Below, piece by piece: positions 19,826 to 28,371 of a stretch of DNA of 64,000 bases (position 1 is its first letter; every line of letters starts with the position of its first letter). The stretch spans positions 1,184,001 to 1,248,000 of the forward strand of contig OZ241857.1 in NCBI GenBank assembly GCA_965203315.1. Reading direction: 5' to 3'. A program made the translations under genes and the position numbers. Under the pieces are notes generated by a model, which searched no databases, was not told the origin of the DNA, and was given only the letters and a program-made list of their open reading frames with translations. Source of the DNA: Nitrosopumilus sp. (GTDB taxonomy: Archaea; Thermoproteota; Nitrososphaeria; Nitrososphaerales; Nitrosopumilaceae).

Positions 19826-21925
19826 TTGGGACTAGCAGATCTAAAGCTTGGAAGCGTGATTTTACCAAGGAGTGAGTCTCCAAAAGCCATATCCAGACTG
19901 ACCGAGTTTGAATGGTTTCAAAAGATCGATACAGATAGTGATCTGGTTACTCCAGAGATCGATGACCTCTTACTCGAAGCTCAAAAGACATATCAGAGTA
20001 TAGACGAGGTGGTAAAGGGTTTGGGTGTACCACCCACTGTTGGAATATTAGAGATACTCTTCAAAGGGACTATTATCAAAAAGAAGGACTACGAGATAGA
20101 CGAGATCGAGGCGATGGTTCAAGATCTTGTAAAGCGCTCACCATCGATAATAGACGAGCCTGCCAACCTACTAGAAGAGAGGACAAGGATACAGAGCTCA
20201 CTTGATGAATATCGATCGATAAAAGAGACGATAGAGATTGCCAAAAAACTACAGATTGATCTAACTGGGTTGGGTTTGATGCGATACTTTTATTCAAATC
20301 TATTTATCATAAATACAGCAGACTATGACGAGATCGTTAGATCACTTGAAGGGATAGATATATCAAAGTACGAGTTAGACAGCAAGGTAAAGTCGGCAGT
20401 TCTAGTCTTTGGTTCTGTTGATGATACAGATAAGATTCTAAAAGTTTTACGTAGTTTTAACGCAAATCCATTTGTAATTCCACAAGGAATACCTCAGGTA
20501 CCTTCTGAGGCGTATGTGATGATCGAGTCCAAGATCAAAGAACTTGCTGAAGAGAAGAAGAGCAATGCGAAAAAGATTGCAAGTATGTCAAAGAAGATCA
20601 GACGTGACATACTAGTATTACATGAAGAGGCCCAAGTTGCAAAGGATGTTCTAGAGACGCTACGAAAGCCTGGTGGTACCAGAAACTTTGCAGTGATCCA
20701 AGGATTTATTCCAAGCAAGATGGAGAAGCAGTTCTCCCAAGCTACAAAACTGTGGATGTCCATCACAGAAGAGATTACTGATCCGAAACTAAAGGACCAA
20801 GTCCCGACTCTGTTTGATAACAAAAAGTTTGTACGAACCTTTGAAGTGATCACCCAGAGTCAAGGAATTCCAAAGCGTGGTGAACCAGATCCGACTCCGA
20901 TGATTGCGTTGATGTGGCCCATATTTTATGGATTAATGTTTGCAGATCTGGGTCACGGTCTCTTGTTGATGGGAATGGGGTTACTCTTCAAAGTAAAGGG
21001 ACAAGGAACACTTGCAAGATGGGGAATGTTGATAGCAATATCTGGTGCAGCGTCGGCTATAGCTGGTGTAGGTGCCGGCGAGGCGTTTGGGCATCATATT
21101 GATCATCTTGCGCCGTTTGAGGGTCTGTTTAAACAAGGTGGTGCACTCTATTCGTTGAGTTGGATTGTAGGAATCTTGAGTGTCGCCGAGCTCTCATTTG
21201 ATCAGGTCATCAACATACTCAAGGTCTCGTTGTTTCTAGGAATCATACACCTTGTGTGGGCTATGATACTACGAGTACGACGACTAGCAAAAGAGGGACA
21301 CAAGATTGTATTATACATGGAGGCGATTCCAAACATTACACTCTATGGTGGAATTGTTGTAATCATGATGTGCGCCATAGGCTCACAGTATGATGTGATG
21401 AACATGTACTCTAGAGAGCATACTGAAGCTGTTCCATGGGTTACGATATTTCTTGGTGAATGGGCCCAGGTCTGGATAGTTACGAGGATTGCAGTGGTGG
21501 TAGTTATCGCATCTATGGCCATGATGATGATAGGTGGCATAATGCATGCAAAGCGACATCCTGAGGAGGGTGGCTCTGCTGCAAATGTCGTAATGGAGGT
21601 ATTTTTGGGAAAGACGGTGGAGAGTCTTGCGCATACCATAAGCTATGCTCGTTTGGGGATCATGTTACTTGTGCATGCTGCGTTATTGTTGACCGTAAAC
21701 AATGCTTTCGAGTCGTTGGGCGGAATCGAGTCTGCTGGGGCGTGGGCAATGATAATTGGTGGCAATCTGGGAATAATGATAATAGAGGGATTAATAGTGT
21801 ACATTCAATCTCTCAGACTTCACCTATACGAGTTTTTTACAAAATGGTATAGTGGTGGCGCTAATCCGTTTAGACAGATCAAACCAGAGATGCTGTACAA
21901 CGAGCTGGTCTGGAAACGTTCATAA
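19826..21925 (+). CDS. atpI: A-type ATP synthase subunit I (a)
   Basis: DPTP...GLMFADLGHG, ISYARL and SLRLHLYEFF. Confidence 0.95.
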   Translation: MGLADLKLGSVILPRSESPKAISRLTEFEWFQKIDTDSDLVTPEIDDLLLEAQKTYQSIDEVVKGLGVPPTVGILEILFKGTIIKKKDYEIDEIEAMVQDLVKRSPSIIDEPANLLEERTRIQSSLDEYRSIKETIEIAKKLQIDLTGLGLMRYFYSNLFIINTADYDEIVRSLEGIDISKYELDSKVKSAVLVFGSVDDTDKILKVLRSFNANPFVIPQGIPQVPSEAYVMIESKIKELAEEKKSNAKKIASMSKKIRRDILVLHEEAQVAKDVLETLRKPGGTRNFAVIQGFIPSKMEKQFSQATKLWMSITEEITDPKLKDQVPTLFDNKKFVRTFEVITQSQGIPKRGEPDPTPMIALMWPIFYGLMFADLGHGLLLMGMGLLFKVKGQGTLARWGMLIAISGAASAIAGVGAGEAFGHHIDHLAPFEGLFKQGGALYSLSWIVGILSVAELSFDQVINILKVSLFLGIIHLVWAMILRVRRLAKEGHKIVLYMEAIPNITLYGGIVVIMMCAIGSQYDVMNMYSREHTEAVPWVTIFLGEWAQVWIVTRIAVVVVIASMAMMMIGGIMHAKRHPEEGGSAANVVMEVFLGKTVESLAHTISYARLGIMLLVHAALLLTVNNAFESLGGIESAGAWAMIIGGNLGIMIIEGLIVYIQSLRLHLYEFFTKWYSGGANPFRQIKPEMLYNELVWKRS

Positions 21926-21948
21926 CCAGATATAGATTTAATCTGCAT

Positions 21949-22095
21949 ATGATTGATCAGTCTGTCTTTGTAGTTCTGGAAGCTCTTGTGTATTGGAAAG
22001 CAGATTCAGTCTATGACTTGGTATGGACTTTGGAAGCCAAGATGAGTGTGAAAACAGTAAAGCAATATTGTCAAGATGAGGTGTTAGTGATATGA
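21949..22095 (+). CDS. 48-aa hypothetical micro-protein
   Basis: ATG start; stop overlaps the next start (ATGA). Confidence 0.35.
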   Translation: MIDQSVFVVLEALVYWKADSVYDLVWTLEAKMSVKTVKQYCQDEVLVI

Positions 22096-22268
22096 GTATG
22101 TTTGATGGTTTACTTGGAAATAAGGATAAGTGTGTATGTGGAAATGAGTATGATTATATTATAATTTCTAAAAATTTTGGAGTGCCTATTTGTATCTGTG
22201 ATGATTGTTTATTGGAACTTATTTCAGTTAGGCTTAAGAGTAGAGAGGATAAGGATCGATATGACTAG
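22092..22268 (+). CDS. 58-aa Zn-finger micro-protein
   Basis: MSMFDGLLGNKDKCVCGN...ICICDDCLLE; GAGGTG SD-like site upstream. Confidence 0.6.
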   Translation: MSMFDGLLGNKDKCVCGNEYDYIIISKNFGVPICICDDCLLELISVRLKSREDKDRYD

Positions 22269-22344
22269 AGATATGGGATATATGATTCTGCTATCTGCAT
22301 TTGTGTCTATTCTAGTCTATGAATTACTTTACAGAAAGAATTGA
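22261..22344 (+). CDS. 27-aa single-TM micro-protein
   Basis: MTRDMGYMILLSAFVSILVYELLYRKN; overlaps the previous stop. Confidence 0.4.
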   Translation: MTRDMGYMILLSAFVSILVYELLYRKN

Positions 22345-22381
22345 GATGATGAGGAGTGGGATTCTAGTTTAGGTGTTTAGT

Positions 22382-22639
22382 ATGGGTTTTGAAGAAGATG
22401 TTCTACGAGAGCTTAGTTCTATTCAAAAGCGTCTTAGTCGTATTGAAAGTGAAATTAACGAAAAACATTGTGAATTTGAAAAACATTGTGAATTTCAACC
22501 AATTTTGAACGATTGTAAATTTCATGAATGGGATAGTTGTAAATTTGAAAAACATTGTGATTTTGAACGACAGGATTGTAAATTTGAGAGACAGGATTGT
22601 AGATATGAAAGACCTGATGGTTGTAGGTATAATGGATAG
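22382..22639 (+). CDS. 85-aa protein with a helical N-terminus and eight Cys-x-(F/Y) repeats
   Basis: AGGTG upstream; EKHCEF / ERQDCKF / ERQDCRY repeats. Confidence 0.7.
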   Translation: MGFEEDVLRELSSIQKRLSRIESEINEKHCEFEKHCEFQPILNDCKFHEWDSCKFEKHCDFERQDCKFERQDCRYERPDGCRYNG

Positions 22640-22696
22640 TTGGTAAGATGGTATGCAGGTGTCATTTACTTAACAGATTATCAATGTTCTATTGAA

Positions 22697-22813
22697 TCAT
22701 ATCTTACCAAGTCTCTCTATCTTTCTACCAAAATACGCTATGGTTCTAATCATGCCAGATATGGTATCATCAAGTTCAGTCAAGGGATCTGGCTTGGCTT
22801 TACGTTTAGGCAT
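22697..22813 (-). CDS. 38-aa basic micro-protein
   Basis: MPKRKAKPDPLTELDDTISGMIRTIAYFGRKIERLGKI; TATATA at 22836-22841 could serve this ORF and the divergent 22868 ORF. Confidence 0.4.
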   Translation of the reverse strand: MPKRKAKPDPLTELDDTISGMIRTIAYFGRKIERLGKI

Positions 22814-22867
22814 GATGGTTATAGTATCAATCTAGTATATATGGTGTTTGAGTATGGGCTTGATTTA

Positions 22868-23068
22868 ATGAGTGTGAAAAGTAAGATAGTTAGTGGGTTC
22901 ATTATTACAAGTTTTGTATTTCTAATCATGTGGATATTTTGGATGATATATGCTTTGGAAAACTATGAAGCTGATATGGGTTTTACTGTTATGAGTTTGA
23001 TTATTCCTATTGGAATAATGTGTTTGATTAGTATTGGATTTGTGATTTATAGAGTTGTCAAAAGATGA
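22868..23068 (+). CDS. 66-aa two-TM protein
   Basis: Start at MSVKSKIVSG preferred over TTG 22640; two hydrophobic helices. Confidence 0.6.
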   Translation: MSVKSKIVSGFIITSFVFLIMWIFWMIYALENYEADMGFTVMSLIIPIGIMCLISIGFVIYRVVKR

Positions 23069-23259
23069 GTGCTATTGGTTGGGTTTTGTTGTTTGTTATA
23101 CCGTTTTTGTTTATTTATGTTTTGTATAATGCATTGGGTTCTGATAAGAAAGGTGGTTTCTACTGTTGGAATTGTGGTTTACAGTTTGATTGTATTGTAG
23201 ATGTTTGTTCTAGGTGTGGTTCTGTTAGAATAAAAAAGATAAAAAAGGGATTAAGGTGA
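23065..23259 (+). CDS. 64-aa TM + Zn-ribbon protein
   Basis: TM helix; CWNC..CSRC; basic tail; ATGA overlap. Confidence 0.65.
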   Translation: MSAIGWVLLFVIPFLFIYVLYNALGSDKKGGFYCWNCGLQFDCIVDVCSRCGSVRIKKIKKGLR

Positions 23260-24039
23260 TTCTAACTCCTCAATTTTCTTTGTTGCGTTGTTAAGTTCTT
23301 GAGTAAGTTTCTCTATGGTTTGTTCATGTTCAGATATGGTTTGTAGTTGTTGAATAGAAGTTGTGTTCATGATTTGATACAGTCTTTGCAGTTCAGATAG
23401 TTCAGTCTTGGTTTGATTTAGTTCATTCGTGGTCCTTTTCTTGTCATCATTACAAGCTCCGTGTTTGTTCTTTAGTTCCTTGTTCTTTTCTTTGAGTTTC
23501 TGTATCTGTTCATCATTGGATTCTGTTGTTCTATCTGGTTGATTAGATGGTGTCAAGTTGAATGTTCTTGCTATCAGGTTTATGATTCGTTCATCAGTAT
23601 TTTCATGATGGACTATGATTCTCTTGGTTATTGAACTCCATTCTCCATCAACAATACAGTTTTTAGGTAAAAATTTGAATTCATGACTTCCTATATCTTT
23701 TGCAATGAGTAGGATATATCCATCTGGTTCTAGATATTTTTTATTAGCATTATACTCATCGGCGGTTTTAGTTTTAATGTTATCTCTGTTTAAAACTCTA
23801 TAATCAGTTTGAATAATCTCACTAGTAGAGATAGTGTTGCCTTCTTGTATATACAATGGTTCATTACTAGTGTTGATGAGTTTTAGAGAGTCATGTAGAG
23901 CTATCTCTATATCACTATTATCACAATTCTCAAATATCTCATTTAAACTGTATTCGTGTATCATTGCTTCAACATCATCAACTAGACCTATAACTCCAAT
24001 AAGAGATACTGCAGTTAGGACTATTGGCACTATGTTCAT
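23251..24039 (-). CDS. Secreted head-plus-coiled-coil protein, paralogous at both termini to 9144-11504
   Basis: Signal AVSLIGVIGLVDDV vs AVSIMGVIGLVDNV; C-terminus KLTQELNNATKKIEELESP vs KLTQELSEAKKKIEELESP. Confidence 0.8.
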   Translation of the reverse strand: MNIVPIVLTAVSLIGVIGLVDDVEAMIHEYSLNEIFENCDNSDIEIALHDSLKLINTSNEPLYIQEGNTISTSEIIQTDYRVLNRDNIKTKTADEYNANKKYLEPDGYILLIAKDIGSHEFKFLPKNCIVDGEWSSITKRIIVHHENTDERIINLIARTFNLTPSNQPDRTTESNDEQIQKLKEKNKELKNKHGACNDDKKRTTNELNQTKTELSELQRLYQIMNTTSIQQLQTISEHEQTIEKLTQELNNATKKIEELESP

Positions 24040-24085
24040 TGATTATACCCAGATTGGATAGTAAATAAGCCTTGTTTTTTGGTAT

Positions 24086-24560
24086 TTGGTACCAAGTTGG
24101 TACTATAACTAGTACTAAACTGGTACCAAGATTCTAGGCATTGTAAAGCAGTTCTGGTACCAAGTTGGTACCATTGAGCTCATGTTTGTGAGCTCAATGT
24201 CTAAATCGTGCCTAAAAACATGAGCTCAAAGTTGAGCTCAATGTGAGCTCATAAACATGAGCTCAATGACTGTTGAGCTAAAATGTTGAGCTAAAAGCCT
24301 GGATTCGTGCCTAATCTGTTGAGCTAAGATTGAGCTAAATGTTGAGCTAACTGCAGATTATCGATATGGATATCATTATGGATATCTATATGGATATCAC
24401 AAAGTAGGCATGAAAAACCATGATATCCAAATATGGATATCAGTATGATATCCAAGTTTACCCATTGGGTATAATCTATACCCAAGATCTACCCAAATTA
24501 TACCCAAAAATCTAGGCATGGTTTACCCAAATTATACCCAAGTTTTACCCAATGGGTAAA
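24086..24560. repeat. Five-module array of phased short motifs, each module centred on TAGGCA/TGCCTA
   Basis: Module motifs: RGTACY, GAGCTC, GAGCTA, GATATC, TACCC; cores at 24135, 24209, 24308, 24405 and 24513. Confidence 0.9.
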
Positions 24561-24561
24561 T

Positions 24562-24710
24562 TAGATTATAGGAATACTCTAACCCAGTCCTTCTTGCCTT
24601 GCCTAAAGAGATATTAGATGAGATTTCCTATTAGGTATGGTTGATACCTTGTGTGGAAACTTGGTATTGACTGCAAGAAGGACTGGTTATGGGGGCAACC
24701 TCATAATCTA
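24562..24710 (+). ncRNA. Candidate ~150-nt hairpin RNA or ssDNA structure
   Basis: Perfect 14-bp IR (24584-24597 / 24673-24686); outer 8-bp IR (24562 / 24703); nested inner stems; strand inferred only from G-U pairs. Confidence 0.5.
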
Positions 24711-24875
24711 CTTGATTCTGGTGTTTTGTGTAAAAGATTGTGATATGGTAGATTCTAGGCACGAAATTGGTTGGAAAGGCTTGATTTGGTTTATATGTAG
24801 AAAGTTCCTAAATAGCCTTGTCTAATTTTCTAAAAAATTATGTTGCTATTGTATATCATAGTTTGAATTGGTACA

Positions 24876-25640
24876 TCATCTCTCTACAGGTAGCTCTAGT
24901 CTATTTCCCCACTCGCCCCAAGAACCGAGATATACTCGTACGTTCTCAAATCCAAGATACTTTAACGTAAGAAAAGAGTTTGCGGCACGATATGCTCCTT
25001 GGCAGTATGTTACAATATCTGCGTCCTGTGATATATTATACAGTTTAGACAAAGAACTTGTATCCAAGAGAGTTCCGTCTTGTGTAAGATTGAGATTCCA
25101 GTCTATGTTGATCGAGTTTGGTATATGACCTCCTCGAGCTGCGCGAATTATACTGCCTGTATATTCTGCGCGTGATCTCGCGTCGATTATAATCAGATTG
25201 GGATCGTCTCGGATCTCTTCAAAACCGATAATCAGTTTAGGGTTGGTCTGTCCTTCAAATTTGGATGGACGGTATGGGTTGCCGGTCTGTTCTATGGGCA
25301 GATGAGCCCTTTGCCATGCTTGGATTCCACCATTGAGCATTGCAGTATTTTCATTTGACATGTACATCGCCATCCAAACTCCACGAGCAGCAAGCATTCC
25401 AGATGTATTATCATAAAAGACGGTCTTCCTGTGATCAGCCATGCCAACAAAAGAGAAGAGAGTTCTTGTCTGCTGATCAAAGTTTGTAATTCCATTACTA
25501 GTTGTGTCAAACCAATGAAACGCAAATAGATCTAGATGTATTGCGCCAGGTATATGACCGCTAGCATACTCTTTAAACGATCTTGTATCGACTATTAGAG
25601 GATCGTCGAGTCTCTGAAGCTCATCTACAGATATTAGCAT
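24876..25640 (-). CDS. Two-domain rhodanese / thiosulfate sulfurtransferase
   Basis: YASGHIPGA, GHIPNS, active loop YCQGAYRA, VYLGSWGEW. Confidence 0.92.
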   Translation of the reverse strand: MLISVDELQRLDDPLIVDTRSFKEYASGHIPGAIHLDLFAFHWFDTTSNGITNFDQQTRTLFSFVGMADHRKTVFYDNTSGMLAARGVWMAMYMSNENTAMLNGGIQAWQRAHLPIEQTGNPYRPSKFEGQTNPKLIIGFEEIRDDPNLIIIDARSRAEYTGSIIRAARGGHIPNSINIDWNLNLTQDGTLLDTSSLSKLYNISQDADIVTYCQGAYRAANSFLTLKYLGFENVRVYLGSWGEWGNRLELPVER

Positions 25641-25708
25641 GAGACTATTGAGTCGATCGAGCCTAAATTTATTTGGTTTCTGATAATAAAAAGAGAAAAG
25701 AAGTTTTT

Positions 25709-27274
25709 CTATTCGTTGACGTATGCTCTCTCGCCGTGTTGTGCCAGATCCAGACCAATCTCCTCTTCTTTAGGAGTTACTCTGATTCCGCCTGGCCATA
25801 CTGCATCCATTACCTTGAGGATCACTATTGTTACACCAAAGGCGTATGCAATAGAGACTGCAGCACCGAGGATACTGATTGCTTGCTGCTCATATCCTTG
25901 TGGTGTTCCGGTCCATGCTCCCCAACCATCACCTGTATCCCAGATGTGTGGACTAGCTAATGTTCCAGTCAAGATTGCTCCTGTAAGACCACCCATTCCA
26001 TGTATTCCCCATACATCGAGAGCGTCATCCCACTTTCGTGCATTCTTGAAGGCTACCGAACCATAACAGATAGTACCTGCTGCAATTCCGATGATTATAG
26101 ATGCCATTGGTCCAACCCAACCAGATGCTGGCGTGATTGCGACTAGGCCTGCTACTGCACCAGATGCTGCACCTACGATACTTGGTTTGCCGGTATGTGC
26201 CCAAGACATTAGAACCCAGGTAATAACTGCCATGCCGGTTGCCACGTTTGTAACAATCCATGCACTTACAGCAATACCGTCTACTTGTACTTCACTTCCT
26301 GCATTGAAACCGAACCAACCGAACCAGAGTATGGCTGCTCCAAGAACAACCATTGGAACGTTGTGTGGCTCCATTGGAACTTTACCAAATCCTAGTCTTC
26401 GACCAAGGATTAGAGCTCCTGCCAACGCAGAGAATCCTGAACTGATGTGGACTACAGTACCACCCGCAAAGTCTAGTGCGAACGAGGCTTCTTCGATATC
26501 TGGATTGATATCTAATCCACCTCCACCGATGAATCCGCCTCCCCACACCCAGTGGGCAATTGGGTCATACACGAATGTACCCCATAGGAGGACAAAGATT
26601 ATCAATGCACTGAACTTGATTCTGTCAATCAGACCACCGATAATTAGCACTGGAGTAATTATCGCAAATGTGCCTTGAAATGCTGCGAATAACGAATGTG
26701 GAATTGTACTAGGCCAACTATCGCCACAAGCTTCTTCAGACTTGAACTGTTGCATTTGGTACGCGTTTGCCCAAATGTCACCATCACAAGCTGTTGGAGC
26801 TCCTAGTGGTGCATAGTTTGATACCATGTTGAACCCAGCATAGTCTAGGCTACCCATGAATGCGTTGGCGTCTGGATTTTCGTTTGGTGCAAATGCAAGA
26901 GAGTATCCCCATAGCACCCATTGAACTGCCATCAGACCCATCACAATTAGAGTCATACCTAGAACGTTTGTAACGTTCTTGGAACGTGCCAGTCCACCAT
27001 AGAAGAATCCAACACCAGGACTCATGAATAGAACCAATGACGTTGCAGTTAGCATCCATGCAGTGTCACCTGTATCGATGTAACATGCAGTAAAGGATCC
27101 ATCACCATTATCAACCCAACACTCGTTTGGATTGCCGGTGTAAATTCCATGTTCGTTGTATCCGTCCATACCATCAGTAACTTGTTGTGCAAATGCCTGA
27201 GACATTGCACCAGTTGCTGTAATGGCTACAGCGGTCACAAGTAATAGAGCATACTTGTGGTTCCTAGAATTCAT
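25709..27274 (-). CDS. amt: Ammonium transporter (Amt)
   Basis: DFAGGTVVH, LWFGWFGFNAGS and DDALDVWGIHG; start taken at MNSRNH. Confidence 0.96.
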   Translation of the reverse strand: MNSRNHKYALLLVTAVAITATGAMSQAFAQQVTDGMDGYNEHGIYTGNPNECWVDNGDGSFTACYIDTGDTAWMLTATSLVLFMSPGVGFFYGGLARSKNVTNVLGMTLIVMGLMAVQWVLWGYSLAFAPNENPDANAFMGSLDYAGFNMVSNYAPLGAPTACDGDIWANAYQMQQFKSEEACGDSWPSTIPHSLFAAFQGTFAIITPVLIIGGLIDRIKFSALIIFVLLWGTFVYDPIAHWVWGGGFIGGGGLDINPDIEEASFALDFAGGTVVHISSGFSALAGALILGRRLGFGKVPMEPHNVPMVVLGAAILWFGWFGFNAGSEVQVDGIAVSAWIVTNVATGMAVITWVLMSWAHTGKPSIVGAASGAVAGLVAITPASGWVGPMASIIIGIAAGTICYGSVAFKNARKWDDALDVWGIHGMGGLTGAILTGTLASPHIWDTGDGWGAWTGTPQGYEQQAISILGAAVSIAYAFGVTIVILKVMDAVWPGGIRVTPKEEEIGLDLAQHGERAYVNE

Positions 27275-27401
27275 TAGACTTATCGAGAGATGGAATGTAT
27301 TTAAGGTTTGAATAGTATATAATAATACAAAAAATAAGTAATTTTCTTTCATTCGCTTCAGATAGTATCATATATTAAGAAAATTATGATACATATCATA
27401 C

Positions 27402-28064
27402 ATGGGAACATCAGGCATAAAACTGGCCATATTTGATAGATTCAAGAATGGAAATCTCACTACGGAGGCAAAGAGACGACGATCAATAATCATGGTTCTA
27501 GCGTCTAGTACCAACCCAACCGATCGAACTAGAATTGGCATATCCCAAGTTATTGCAAAACAACAAAAGCTAGTATGGAAGAACATCTATTCTGGAATAT
27601 TCAACGATATAGAAGAGATACTGATTCCTAGTGGACTAGTTGAGGAGAGTGGACGGCTACCATCAAAGCGGGGACCAAAGATTATGCAAGAGGTAGGAGT
27701 TCCCTTTTACCACCTTACAAAGAAAGGATTACTTGTTGTACTCGCAATAAATGATGACAGAAAGGTGTTTAGTCAATTTCTTGCATTGTTGGAATTGAAG
27801 GAGAGAGAGTTTGAGCCAACTCTTACTGCATTGAACAGGATCAGTCCAAAGTTGACTCGTACCATATTTACAAAGTATGTAAGGAGTTATTGTGATCAAG
27901 AGACCAAAGAGTTACTACCTTTTGATCTGACAAAATTGAGAGGAATCGAAGACGAGATGTTAGACATGCAGAGAGAGATGTTAGAGGCCTTTGTAAAACT
28001 CAGTAGTAAAGACAAACAAGGTGTATTGAAACTCTTTAACACGATAAGCGGTAATGTTGACTAG
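27402..28064 (+). CDS. Hypothetical protein, probable winged-helix regulator divergent from amt
   Basis: Long clean ORF; wing-like PFYHLTKKG. Confidence 0.65.
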   Translation: MGTSGIKLAIFDRFKNGNLTTEAKRRRSIIMVLASSTNPTDRTRIGISQVIAKQQKLVWKNIYSGIFNDIEEILIPSGLVEESGRLPSKRGPKIMQEVGVPFYHLTKKGLLVVLAINDDRKVFSQFLALLELKEREFEPTLTALNRISPKLTRTIFTKYVRSYCDQETKELLPFDLTKLRGIEDEMLDMQREMLEAFVKLSSKDKQGVLKLFNTISGNVD

Positions 28065-28371
28065 ATGTAGGTTCACAAATGATATCTTGATCATGAGCAC
28101 TTGGATTTGAATATCTCTAATCTTTTCGTGATAGAGGTATATCTCGCTATATTGTGTTTAGTGCCTCAGATACTAAACCGAGACGATCCGATACAGAACA
28201 AGACTCTATTCTAAAGACAAGATGTTTAGTTCCCATTAGACACAATCTAACATTTTGGACACTTGCCAAGGAGTCAAGAGATACTAGTGTCTCGAATCCG
28301 AATTACCAGAGTGATGAATAGGTGATATTTCACCAAACATTAAAATCAGTTACTCGGTAGAGAACACCAAG

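Noticed and set aside
22640-22867. N-terminal extension of the 142-aa ORF
   Set aside because: Better explained by a start at 22868, with a TATA box and a divergent small ORF in this interval.
24086-24560. CRISPR array or TIGR-like guide array
   Set aside because: There is no constant 24-47-bp repeat with unique spacers. The motif changes per module, the conserved core is only 6-8 bp and alternates orientation, and no effector gene is adjacent.
24577-24692. Integron attC site (TAAC...GTTA ends)
   Set aside because: R boxes deviate from RYYYAAC/GTTRRRY, there is no typical unpaired spacer or L boxes, no similar sites lie between the micro-ORFs, and no integrase is present.
25716-26678. Long antisense ORFs over amt (and similar ones over the atp, thrB and S8 genes)
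   Set aside because: These are shadow frames of well-supported genes with no recognisable motifs.
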